Source: Nitratireductor sp.
GTDB lineage: Bacteria > Pseudomonadota > Alphaproteobacteria > Rhizobiales > Rhizobiaceae
DNA length: 38,401 bases
Assembly (NCBI GenBank): GCA_020441735.1
Contig: JAGRLQ010000239.1
Coordinates: forward strand, 1-38,401
Direction of reading: 5' to 3'
Shown here: positions 1-8,505 of the stretch, piece after piece
How positions within the stretch are numbered: the stretch's first letter is position 1
Layout of the letters: every line of letters starts with the position of its first letter
The notes under the pieces: model-generated
The model's database searches: none
What the model saw: only the letters and a program-made list of their open reading frames with translations
Told to the model about the DNA's origin: nothing
Position numbers and translations under genes: made by a program

Positions 1-31
1 CCCGAGTTGAACGTAGAGCAACTTGAAAACC

Positions 32-472
32 CTACGCTGGGAGGAATTCCTGTGTGCGATCCTGCCAGGCACCCGCAAACAGTTTCCATTCGCGAACGGT
101 CGCGTTCTGACCGAAGCTCCGGCTGGGGCGCTTGACGATGACGCACTGCGCAGCCGAACCGCCTTCACCGTTCGACGTGTCGCGAACCGTGACAGCGAAG
201 GGCTGGAGCGTTCCGTTGCGCTGACGCTTGTGCTTGTTCTCCAGATACTTGTTGGTCGGAGAACCAGGCTGGAGTTTGAGGGTGATCATCGCACTGTCAT
301 CGGCCGAGATCGAAACCGTGCTGGTTCCATCAGCACCGATCATCGGCGTGGCCGTGTCGGTGTTGCGCTCGATCATGATCGCATCATCACCCTCGAAGAA
401 GCCGGTGGCTTCGTTGTTGTCGAGCATGCAGACGATGCTCTTGAACGAGAAGGATTGGATTTCACCTGCCAT
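32..472 (-). CDS. Tail tube protein (DUF3277-like)
   Basis: 146 aa with a GADG motif and ITLKLQPGSPTN; directly downstream of the DUF3383 sheath gene. Confidence 0.8.
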   Translation of the reverse strand: MAGEIQSFSFKSIVCMLDNNEATGFFEGDDAIMIERNTDTATPMIGADGTSTVSISADDSAMITLKLQPGSPTNKYLENKHKRQRNGTLQPFAVTVRDTSNGEGGSAAQCVIVKRPSRSFGQNATVREWKLFAGAWQDRTQEFLPA

Positions 473-483
473 CTGTATGCTCC

Positions 484-1620
484 TTAGAAGGTCATCGTGT
501 AATCGACACGGGTGTAGTGGATGGCGCCGGCATAGCGGAAGAACGCCTGAATTGTTGGCGCAATACGCTGACGACGCTGGCTTTGTGCCACGTCCTCGAC
601 CCGCTGAACCTTGATTTCAAAGGCCGGAAGGATCTCGCCGAACTCGTTCTCAAAGTCGGCCACGAGACCGGCGATGAAGGCACGATTGAGGATTTCCTCG
701 ACGCAGTGAACCAGCATGCCGACACCGCGATTGGTGTAGGGAATGCGGTTGTTGTTGGCGAGCAGATCGAGCAACCGTTCTTCGGTCCTGGAGACGATCC
801 AGTCACCGGCATGAACCTCATCGATGAACGCCTCGCCGAAGTTCTGACCCTCGACAACCATCTCGACACCGCCGATATCGACATAGGTGTTCCAGAGATG
901 ACCTTGGGCCGATTGCAAACCCAGCTGCGGCACGAAACCGGTGGCACCCTGCACACCGGCAGAACCGATGTTGACAGGCGCAATGCCGACCAGCCGCTTG
1001 AACTTCGCCGTATAGGCGCTGTCGGGGTCGTCGAAGTTGAAGGTCGCAAGCCGGGACGAGAGGGCGACAGCCGGATATAGCGCGGCATCGGTATGATAGA
1101 AGCCCCAAGACCGGTCGTAAGACTCGCCCTTGGCGCGAGCACCAAGGTTCGTGGCATCGGCGGGCGACTGGATTTCAACCTCGTTGCCCTCGAAGCCGAT
1201 CTGGATGCGGCGGGTCTGCCCCCATGCCATAGCGGCATCTTCCATCACGTCGACACCGCGAATGCCAGAGTCGAAGTGCAGCCAGTACCAGTCTGGGTCA
1301 TAGTCCCAGATGGCATCCAGTTCAGCGGTGAAATCCGGGCCGGTAACCTTGGCAGGATCACGCCAGCCAAGTTTGATCTGGACGGGCTGGACCTCTTGGG
1401 AGAAGGCTGCCTGCGCCATTTTGTAAGCCTCGGTGGCAGGCGCATAGTCGACAGCAACCTCATCCATCGAGCCGTAAACCTTGGTGCGGGTATTGGCATC
1501 CAGAGGGCCAGCGGCCTCGGCATGCACCAGCAGCGGCACACCAAATCCGCGGCGGGTTGCGAAGTTGTCGCGCCTGGTCAGATTGACATCGACCACGCGA
1601 TCAATTGGAAGTCGGGGCAT
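484..1620 (-). CDS. Contractile tail sheath protein (DUF3383-like)
   Basis: N-terminal LPIDRVVDVNL...GFGVPL and C-terminal IPYTNRG...YAGAIH motifs typical of the family. Confidence 0.88.
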   Translation of the reverse strand: MPRLPIDRVVDVNLTRRDNFATRRGFGVPLLVHAEAAGPLDANTRTKVYGSMDEVAVDYAPATEAYKMAQAAFSQEVQPVQIKLGWRDPAKVTGPDFTAELDAIWDYDPDWYWLHFDSGIRGVDVMEDAAMAWGQTRRIQIGFEGNEVEIQSPADATNLGARAKGESYDRSWGFYHTDAALYPAVALSSRLATFNFDDPDSAYTAKFKRLVGIAPVNIGSAGVQGATGFVPQLGLQSAQGHLWNTYVDIGGVEMVVEGQNFGEAFIDEVHAGDWIVSRTEERLLDLLANNNRIPYTNRGVGMLVHCVEEILNRAFIAGLVADFENEFGEILPAFEIKVQRVEDVAQSQRRQRIAPTIQAFFRYAGAIHYTRVDYTMTF

Positions 1621-1629
1621 TAGCCTCTC

Positions 1630-2172
1630 CTACGGTTTGATGACGGTAAGCGTCTCGGTCACATCCCCTGCCGATGAACCGGTTCTGGTAAACTCGGGAT
1701 CAACCTGTTCGATGGAATCGACCAGAACGCCGAGTGTGTTGATGTACCCGCGCAGCGAGACATCCATTTGCGCCCGTTCCTCCCAACGCTCGTTGATGAG
1801 CTCCGGCAACCGAATGACGGTGCCGCTGGCAAAGAGGATGAGCGGATAGAGATCGAACTCGACCTCATTCATTTCGCCGGCCACCTTGAGGGCAGCCAAC
1901 AAATCGGTGGCGTTTTGCGCGTAGGCATTGACCGAGAAGTCCCACTGCCATTCGCCTGCCAGATTGTGCTTGAAAGCCGGGCCGTCACCCGGTTCATCGA
2001 TTTCCGCGAAAGACCGCCCCATGGGCAGCTGGATACGATCTGACCGCAACAGGTTGATCATGATGTAGGCACCATCGGGCCTTGAGCCGCCCGGATGATC
2101 GACGATGACTTCCTCTACATCGGCATGAGCGAGGATCCAGCTACGGAGCTTGTTTTCGGTTTCTTCCTGCAT
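1630..2172 (-). CDS. Neck/tail terminator protein
   Basis: Lies just before the sheath gene; start moved to ATG 2172 (GGAG RBS); RP..YI and WEERA.MD motifs. Confidence 0.65.
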   Translation of the reverse strand: MQEETENKLRSWILAHADVEEVIVDHPGGSRPDGAYIMINLLRSDRIQLPMGRSFAEIDEPGDGPAFKHNLAGEWQWDFSVNAYAQNATDLLAALKVAGEMNEVEFDLYPLILFASGTVIRLPELINERWEERAQMDVSLRGYINTLGVLVDSIEQVDPEFTRTGSSAGDVTETLTVIKP

Positions 2173-2506
2173 CGCGCTCCAGTCCCAGAACTGCTTTTGA
2201 AAACCCGTCACGCTCGACGGCTTGAAGGATGCGATAGGTCTGACCCCGCCAGAGGACCGACCCGTAGGCAAGGTCCGGGTCGGCCTCCAGCGGTTCCCTG
2301 GTCCACATTGAGTACATTGCCTTCTCGCGAATGCCTTCGGGCAAGTTCTGCAATTCTGGCAGGGAAATCGGCTGGATTACCGCCTTGATCGGCTTGGCTT
2401 CTCCAGCACCCGGTTTCCAGCGACCATCTACATAGCTGCCAGCAACGGGCGGTGTATAGCTAACCTGTTTTCCGAAGAAACTTACAGAAGCCGCTGATAG
2501 TTCCAT
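2141..2506 (-). CDS. Head closure / head-tail joining protein
   Basis: 121 aa with G.YVDGRW...IQP...LQNLPEG.R motif; synteny. Confidence 0.7.
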   Translation of the reverse strand: MELSAASVSFFGKQVSYTPPVAGSYVDGRWKPGAGEAKPIKAVIQPISLPELQNLPEGIREKAMYSMWTREPLEADPDLAYGSVLWRGQTYRILQAVERDGFSKAVLGLERDAGRNRKQAP

Positions 2507-2507
2507 C

Positions 2508-2954
2508 TTATTTCACTTCCCAAGTGACTGCCTGCCGCATTGCGCTCGTGTCGATCAACGGGTTGCTGGAACCCTTTTGTCGGATCGTCGATGGGGCATT
2601 TGGCGGGCTATTGAGGCTCGTGATCTCGCCCTGAATATCGCCCTGCACAAGAATGCCGAGCTTGTTGAGCACGACCGGAATGGTGGAACTGCCGGCCATG
2701 ATCTGGCTTGCTGCCTTGCGCATGTGCCGCTTGTAGATGGACTTCTTCTTGGCAACCGTATTGCGCATGAAGGGGCGCTCGGGAATGTTGACCGTCCCGA
2801 ACTCGTTCCAGATCGCCTTGTTGAGATTGAAGCTGTCGGTCTTGCCTTTCGGAAACCCCGCCCGCAGCCGTTGCTCATGCCCTTTCGTAGCGGCCTTGAT
2901 CTTGTCGAGGCGTTCTTTGGCATTGCCCTTGGAGCGGACCTTGGCAAAGACCAT
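2508..2954 (-). CDS. Tail completion/neck protein (HK97 gp10-like)
   Basis: NEFGT.NIPERPFMR and NAPSTIRQKGSSNPLIDT motifs; TGATG coupling gives start 2954. Confidence 0.8.
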   Translation of the reverse strand: MVFAKVRSKGNAKERLDKIKAATKGHEQRLRAGFPKGKTDSFNLNKAIWNEFGTVNIPERPFMRNTVAKKKSIYKRHMRKAASQIMAGSSTIPVVLNKLGILVQGDIQGEITSLNSPPNAPSTIRQKGSSNPLIDTSAMRQAVTWEVK

Positions 2955-3415
2955 CACACGCACATGACGGGCGGGAAGGACCGCCGCAGGAGCTCCTGAT
3001 ACCGCTTGCCATAGGCGCTCAAATCAACACTGGTTGGGGCAGGAGCACTATCGGTACTACCGCCTCCACTGCCCAAAATGGAGCCATCCTGGAAGAACTC
3101 GATCTGGGTGTCTCCGACCTTGTGGGACTTGATGCCGCCGCCGCTAAGAGACGCTGCATTGTCAGTCTCCATTATGGCCGCTGCCTGCGACCGCCCAGGT
3201 TCGCCTTGCAGGGTCAGAAGATGGGCTGCCAGCCACAGGCAGGCATCCCCGATGTCATTTTCGATCCAGGTCTGCGCCGCAGAACTGCCGTCACCCTGTA
3301 TGACCGTCCGTCCGGCTTCGACCAGCACAGCGTTGACGGTAGCGTCAGCAACCAGACCGAACTCGGGAAAGCGGGTCTTGAACGTGTCGGCGTTTGGAAC
3401 AGTGTGATCCGGCAT
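2954..3415 (-). CDS. Head-tail adaptor (DUF4054-like)
   Basis: FKTRFPEF...LAAHLL...YGKRY motifs. Confidence 0.8.
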   Translation of the reverse strand: MPDHTVPNADTFKTRFPEFGLVADATVNAVLVEAGRTVIQGDGSSAAQTWIENDIGDACLWLAAHLLTLQGEPGRSQAAAIMETDNAASLSGGGIKSHKVGDTQIEFFQDGSILGSGGGSTDSAPAPTSVDLSAYGKRYQELLRRSFPPVMCV

Positions 3416-3429
3416 GGCAAACCTCGATG

Positions 3430-3459
3430 GAAAAACCCCGGCCTGTTAGGACCGGGGTC
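3430..3459 (-). terminator. Rho-independent terminator
   Basis: ACCCCGG/CCGGGGT stem followed by TTTTT on the minus strand, downstream of the 3484-3867 gene. Confidence 0.7.
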
Positions 3460-3483
3460 TGTGACATCTGATTGTCGGGAAGA

Positions 3484-3867
3484 TCAGGACTTTTTATCGT
3501 CCGGTTTCTTCTCGGCTGCGGCTTTTGCAGCGGCCTCGGCTTCTGCCTTGGCCTTTGCGTCGGCATCAGCTTTTTCCTTTGCCGCCTTCTCGGCAGCCTC
3601 TTTCTCGGCGGCTTCCTTTTCAGCCTTGGCCTTCTCGGCTGCGGCTTTTGCAGCGGCCTCGGCTTCTGCGGCTGCCCGCTCGGCTTCCATTTCAGGATCG
3701 ATGCCGACGAGTACACCGGTCTCGGCCCAGGCAGCCACAACAGCGTTGTTCTGGATTGCCTTAATCTGGGCTTCTGTCGCCGGAAGGCTTTTGCCCGGTG
3801 CGATTGTGCCGACACCAGGCACATGAAGCGGGCCGTCGCCTGTGTTTTGAAGTGCAAACTTGCTCAT
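3484..3867 (-). CDS. Capsid-associated protein with Ala/Glu/Lys-rich helical tail
   Basis: Follows the capsid gene; AAGGA RBS; low-complexity AEKA repeats. Confidence 0.7.
   Translation of the reverse strand: MSKFALQNTGDGPLHVPGVGTIAPGKSLPATEAQIKAIQNNAVVAAWAETGVLVGIDPEMEAERAAAEAEAAAKAAAEKAKAEKEAAEKEAAEKAAKEKADADAKAKAEAEAAAKAAAEKKPDDKKS
3508..3669. repeat. 39-bp perfect direct repeat (3508-3546 and 3631-3669)
   Basis: cttctcggctgcggcttttgcagcggcctcggcttctgc occurs twice and encodes AEAEAAAKAAAEK. Confidence 0.9.
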
Positions 3868-3892
3868 GTCGTCAGGTTCCTTGTTGAAGGGA

Positions 3893-3915
3893 GAGGGGGC
3901 GCTGAACGCCCCCTC
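3893..3915 (-). terminator. GC-rich hairpin after the capsid gene (weak terminator or mRNA stabiliser)
   Basis: GAGGGGGCG/CGCCCCCTC 9-bp stem with only a weak pyrimidine tail. Confidence 0.5.
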
Positions 3916-3925
3916 AATTCATCGC

Positions 3926-4885
3926 TTAGATGCCGTCCACGTAACGAACGGAACCCGGCCGGCGCACATCCAGCCCGCCAATGCGGAAGATGCCGGGGTT
4001 CTTGAACTGGAGACCCTCGAACTGCGTCGGCAGGAAGCGGAAGGCCATGGGGATGTGCATGGAAAGCACTTCCTCATCGCGCTTGTAAGCAACCATCCGG
4101 TCAGTGCCGCCATCGCCAGCACCTGTCAGCTGACGCAGCGCCTTGATGGTCAGCTTGCGCCCGGTCTCACGGGTGTAGACGTTGTTCTTCTCCAGGAACT
4201 CGATGATTGACATCTGGGTATCCGGGATGCGGCGGGTGGTCAGGGCCACCAACTGCGCATGAGGCAACAGGATGGTGTCCGCCATCTCGATCGTCAGGGA
4301 GTCAACGTAGACGCCAAGCAGCGCATTGTTGACATCCAGCAGGATCTCGTCAGCGTTCTTGTCCGCCCACAGCGCACTGGTGTCAGCAGCGTTGTTGGGA
4401 GCGGCAACCTTGGTGATACCGGGATAGTTGATAAGGCCATAGAACCCCTTCGCCTCATTCCCGAAGTAACCCACTTCCTCGCACATTTCCTCGTAGGCCC
4501 TGCGGGCATACATGGCATTCATGGCGGCAAGATTGACACCCAACCAGCGGGCACGACCGATCTCGAACAGCGTATAGTCGTAACCCATGGCGCCTTCGGC
4601 GATCTGGATTTCGTACTTCGCCAGGTTCGCGTTGGCGTAAGGAACATCATCCGCGCGGGTGTTGATCCATTTCGCCTTGCCGGTACCGTCATACGAGAAG
4701 TAGGTCACCGATGCCGCAAATTCCGGGGTCGAATAGTCGATCGGAATGAAGCGGGTGTAGGTGATCTCGGGGTATTTCTTCTCGTACACCCTGCGGTTGA
4801 TGTGGGAGGCCTGGTTGATTGCAAACTGCAAATTGGCCTGGTTATCCCGGAGGTATTGCTCCGGGACGTTCACGTGAGCGTTCAT
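3926..4885 (-). CDS. Major capsid protein (DUF2184-like, HK97 fold)
   Basis: 319 aa; VYEKKYPE, YGLINYP and GGLDVRRP.SVRYVDGI motifs; strong RBS. Confidence 0.92.
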   Translation of the reverse strand: MNAHVNVPEQYLRDNQANLQFAINQASHINRRVYEKKYPEITYTRFIPIDYSTPEFAASVTYFSYDGTGKAKWINTRADDVPYANANLAKYEIQIAEGAMGYDYTLFEIGRARWLGVNLAAMNAMYARRAYEEMCEEVGYFGNEAKGFYGLINYPGITKVAAPNNAADTSALWADKNADEILLDVNNALLGVYVDSLTIEMADTILLPHAQLVALTTRRIPDTQMSIIEFLEKNNVYTRETGRKLTIKALRQLTGAGDGGTDRMVAYKRDEEVLSMHIPMAFRFLPTQFEGLQFKNPGIFRIGGLDVRRPGSVRYVDGI

Positions 4886-4899
4886 TGAAGCGGCCCTCC

Positions 4900-5331
4900 T
4901 TAGCGGATGCGAACGCGGGCGAGACCGCCAAGCGCAGCGCTGGTTTCGTAAACGGCGTTCGGAAGGGCAGCGATGCCAGCGCCAGCGGTCTTGCCGCAGG
5001 TTCCGTCAGCCTCCTTGTAGAGCACCGCATCATTGGCATTGACTGCCTCGTAAACGGTGACCCAGATCGCGCCAGTCCGCAGGACCGAGGCGGTTTCGCC
5101 CGTGACGTATTTGTCAGCAAGGCGGGTGCGGTCGGCAACGGTAATGCCGATCGGGGCATCGCCACCGATGACGATTCCGTCATCTGCGGTTCCCTGGGAC
5201 ACGACAATGCCCCAGCCGATATCGCCGCCTTCAACCTGACGGCTTGCAGCATCACGAAGCGAGGCATCGGCAATCATGCCGTTCATCGCTTCGCCAATGC
5301 CGCTCTGATAACCCTGTTGGATGTCCGGCAT
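4900..5331 (-). CDS. Capsid decoration/cement protein
   Basis: 143 aa, Gly/Ala-rich, VLRTGAIWV motif; between protease and capsid genes. Confidence 0.8.
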   Translation of the reverse strand: MPDIQQGYQSGIGEAMNGMIADASLRDAASRQVEGGDIGWGIVVSQGTADDGIVIGGDAPIGITVADRTRLADKYVTGETASVLRTGAIWVTVYEAVNANDAVLYKEADGTCGKTAGAGIAALPNAVYETSAALGGLARVRIR

Positions 5332-5336
5332 GGCGG

Positions 5337-6506
5337 TTACTCCTGTTCCTCATCCTCGCGCCAGGCTTTGGACTGGCTATCAAGCATTGCCTGATGCGCC
5401 TTGTCCTCGTCGGCGATGGACTGTTTCGGGGCGGGTTTACCGGCACCGTCTTTCATGCCCTTGGCAATCGTGTCGGTGTCGATGGTGGCGACGAGCGCAT
5501 CGAAGCGGGCCTCGATGTATTCGTCGGACTTGTCTTTCACCGTGTCGGCTCCGCACTGGTCGGAAACCACTTCACGGCGAATATCGGCATTGGATTTGCC
5601 GGTGGCGTCGAATTTCTCGACGAGATGCTTGGCCGCATCGACGATGACCGAACGATCGGCAACCATCTGATCGAGGTCTGTATCGGAGACTTTCGCCTTC
5701 TCCAGTTCCTCAATCTTTGCGTCCTTCTCGCCGAGCTCTTTGTCCTTTGCGGCAATCGCATCCTTGTGCGTTGCTTTCAGGTTCTCGACGTTGGCGGCGG
5801 AGTCGGACAACTGCTTTTGCAGCCGTTCGATCACCTGCGCACCCTGGTCAGTGGTCTCGATGGAAATGCCATCGACAACCACCGTGCGGGTTTTGATGTC
5901 CGGCACGTTTTCTCTCCTGTCCATGATGGAAGATAGGGGTTGGTTGACGGGGAACGCTCCCCAGGTTGAAGGAGCGTCACCGATGCGACACTCGGCACCC
6001 GCGCGACCATGATCGACAATGGCGATATGGTTGATGCGGATGTTGGTTTGGATGGCGTCATACGTGATCGTATGCTCGCCTTCCTTGATGGTTCCGGGCG
6101 TCCAGAGCAGGTCGCAGACATAACCTGCCGACAGCCCTTTCTTGCCCTTCTCGATGAGATCGATGGTCTTGGCGTCGGTCACCATGAGCGGCACACGGAC
6201 ATACTCGCCGTCACGTGCCACTTCCTCGCCGACATGACCGACTGACAGATCGCGGTGGTTATCAGCCGTCACCATCTCGGAGGGATGGTCATTGGTAACC
6301 GGCTTGTTGGCAAAGCTCGCCATGGAACCACGGTCGAACACCTGTTCCTCGGGCCGGTAGATGATGGCCCATTCCAGGTCCGGCCGGCCTACCTCATCCC
6401 CCTTGTAAATCTGGACACCAGTCCTGGCCGTCCGCACATCTGCGGCAAGATAACCGTCAGCCGTGCGCCGGGTTGCCCCTACGGCTACCGCGTCGATGAA
6501 TTGCAT
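5337..6506 (-). CDS. Prohead protease/scaffold (DUF2213-like)
   Basis: ARTGVQIY, PVTNDHP, LSAGY and NHIAIVDHGRAG motifs; coiled-coil C-terminal half. Confidence 0.9.
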   Translation of the reverse strand: MQFIDAVAVGATRRTADGYLAADVRTARTGVQIYKGDEVGRPDLEWAIIYRPEEQVFDRGSMASFANKPVTNDHPSEMVTADNHRDLSVGHVGEEVARDGEYVRVPLMVTDAKTIDLIEKGKKGLSAGYVCDLLWTPGTIKEGEHTITYDAIQTNIRINHIAIVDHGRAGAECRIGDAPSTWGAFPVNQPLSSIMDRRENVPDIKTRTVVVDGISIETTDQGAQVIERLQKQLSDSAANVENLKATHKDAIAAKDKELGEKDAKIEELEKAKVSDTDLDQMVADRSVIVDAAKHLVEKFDATGKSNADIRREVVSDQCGADTVKDKSDEYIEARFDALVATIDTDTIAKGMKDGAGKPAPKQSIADEDKAHQAMLDSQSKAWREDEEQE

Positions 6507-6535
6507 GTCTGTCTCCCGTTGGGATAGAAGGCGCC

Positions 6536-6730
6536 ATGGGCGATGACGAGTTGAAGCGATTCCTGCTGGATCACAGCGAGCGGCTGGCCCGCCTCGAATT
6601 GCTTCTGAAAGCCGTCATTGCCCGGCTGGATGGCCGGGTGCAGGAGGACACCCCCCTGACCCTGGAAGAACTGATTGAAACCCTCGCGCCACGGCTCGGG
6701 CCGGACGAGAAGGATAAAACCGATGGCTAA
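6536..6730 (+). CDS. Small hypothetical protein (moron)
   Basis: 64 aa on the strand opposite the head genes; overlaps the next ORF. Confidence 0.5.
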   Translation: MGDDELKRFLLDHSERLARLELLLKAVIARLDGRVQEDTPLTLEELIETLAPRLGPDEKDKTDG

Positions 6731-6932
6731 ACGCACAGAATTGACCGTGTGCGCGTCTTGCGGCGAAACCGTACCCATCACCCTCAAAACGCCAAACCAC
6801 GCTCTACACGTGGTCCTGTCGATCCTGACGATGGGTCTGTGGCTGGTCGTTTACCTCGCGGCCATCCTCGACAGCGCCATGAACAACCGTTTCAGTCGCA
6901 AGCGCTGCCCGAAATGCAATGGCCGGTTGTGA
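6723..6932 (+). CDS. Membrane zinc-ribbon protein (CxxC-hydrophobic hairpin-CxxC)
   Basis: CASC...NHALHVVLSILTMGLWLVVYL...RCPKC; ATG 6723 with AAGGA upstream. Confidence 0.75.
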   Translation: MAKRTELTVCASCGETVPITLKTPNHALHVVLSILTMGLWLVVYLAAILDSAMNNRFSRKRCPKCNGRL

Positions 6933-7029
6933 ACTGTACGAATTGGCGAAATTGCACAATTTTGCAAACTGACCGGAATGCTTGACTACAAGGCTGGCAA
7001 CGCTGCCCGAAATGCAAAGGAACACTCTG

Positions 7030-7686
7030 ATGTCTGACAAATCCGTTATGCTTCTGGCCTCAACTGGCGATGAGGCGAACCGCATCTCCGCCTTCTGCAA
7101 AAGGGCATTCGGTCAGGTGGAAACCTACCATGGCAATTGGGGGCAACCGCTTCCCGGGGAATGCAATTGGTGGCAGGGTGATCTGCTGATTTCCTACTGT
7201 TCCAGGTGGATCGTTCCGCAATCCCTGCTTGAGAGGGCTGCGGTTGCCGCCATTAACTTCCATCCGGCACCGCCTGAATATCCGGGTGTCGGTGGGATCA
7301 ATTGGGCGCTTTACGATGGCGCTTCGTCTTTTGGTGTCACCTGCCACCATATGACGCCGGAGATTGATGCCGGTTCAATTGTTGAGGTTCGCCGGTTTCC
7401 GATCATTGCATCCGAAGATGTCGAAAGCCTTTTTCAGCGAACACATACCCATCTTGAGACCCTGGCATATGATGTCATCGCAAGGCTCGCGAACGACCTG
7501 CCGCTTCCAACCGCGTCCGAAAGCTGGGGCAAGGTCCGTCGCACAAGGGATGAATTGAACGAACTCGCAACAATAACGCCCGACATGACAGGCGATGAGA
7601 TCACCCGCAGAATCCGCGCAACCTCGTTTGGTAGTTGGAAACCAACTGTCAAAGTAGGCAGCTTTGAGTTCGAGTTGAAAAGCTGA
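7030..7686 (+). CDS. Formyltransferase (N10-formyl-THF dependent, Fmt N-terminal fold)
   Basis: INFHPAPPEYPG...GVTCHHM...IDAG carries the catalytic N/H/D pattern; no full Fmt C-terminal tRNA-binding domain. Confidence 0.85.
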   Translation: MSDKSVMLLASTGDEANRISAFCKRAFGQVETYHGNWGQPLPGECNWWQGDLLISYCSRWIVPQSLLERAAVAAINFHPAPPEYPGVGGINWALYDGASSFGVTCHHMTPEIDAGSIVEVRRFPIIASEDVESLFQRTHTHLETLAYDVIARLANDLPLPTASESWGKVRRTRDELNELATITPDMTGDEITRRIRATSFGSWKPTVKVGSFEFELKS

Positions 7687-7689
7687 CGC

Positions 7690-8505
7690 TTAGAACTCCA
7701 CGACCGCCCGAGCCACGCACCGACAGTTGATCGGCTGCCCCGGCTGACCACCGCCCTCGGCTGGCGTCGGTTTGCCGTAGGTAAAGCGCTTGCCTTCCAA
7801 CTTCTTGTGCAAGGGCCGCACCCGCTCATCGAGGCTGGTCGACCAGATGTAGTCACTGATGCCGGCCTGCTCATGACGGATGCGGTTGAGGTCCGAATTG
7901 AACTTCGACGCCTGGTCCCGGGCGATCAGTTTTGCCCGTCTCTGGGCGAACCCGAAATCAGCTGTCAGTTCCGCCGCCAGCTGCTTTGCCGGTTTGGCCG
8001 CGATGATGCCGTTGTAGACGGTCATCTCAACCCGTTTGAGAACGTCATCGGAGACGTTCTTGATGAGCGCCACGTTCCGGGCCAGCGCTGTCTCCATGTA
8101 GTCTTGAAGATCCTCGCGATCGATCAGGGCAGAGATATCGATCCCGAGCTCGCTCTTGACCGCCTTGAACCATTCTTTCGTGTGTTCCTCGGCATCAAGG
8201 CCCAAAATGGTCTCCACGGTGCGGGAGGCGATGCGAACCAGTTCCTCGGCCAGCTTGCGGGCGTCGTTGAAATCATCCGGCCCGGCATCGAGAATGCCCT
8301 TGCCGCGCTGACGTTTGATCTTCTCCGTGGCCTTGGAGAGAATGTTGGCCCGAACGTGCTGGGCCAACTCTCGCAGCATCCGGTTGATGGCTTTCTCGAT
8401 CCCCAGGCGAAGCGCCAGACGGTCACTTATCTCCGGCAGGATCGCCTGACCCTTCCGGTTCTTCTTCAACCGCTTTCCGATTTGCTTCAAGGAGAAGGTC
8501 TGCAT
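7690..8505 (-). CDS. Head morphogenesis protein (SPP1 gp7 / Mu F-like)
   Basis: RAKLIARDQ...YIWSTSLDERVRPLH...PGQPINCRC; start 8505 or 8517. Confidence 0.92.
   Translation of the reverse strand: MQTFSLKQIGKRLKKNRKGQAILPEISDRLALRLGIEKAINRMLRELAQHVRANILSKATEKIKRQRGKGILDAGPDDFNDARKLAEELVRIASRTVETILGLDAEEHTKEWFKAVKSELGIDISALIDREDLQDYMETALARNVALIKNVSDDVLKRVEMTVYNGIIAAKPAKQLAAELTADFGFAQRRAKLIARDQASKFNSDLNRIRHEQAGISDYIWSTSLDERVRPLHKKLEGKRFTYGKPTPAEGGGQPGQPINCRCVARAVVEF

Noticed and set aside
7122-7130. AACCTACCA variant inside the formyltransferase gene
   Set aside because: One mismatch, inside the coding region about 90 nt past the start and not at an in-frame start; compatible with chance
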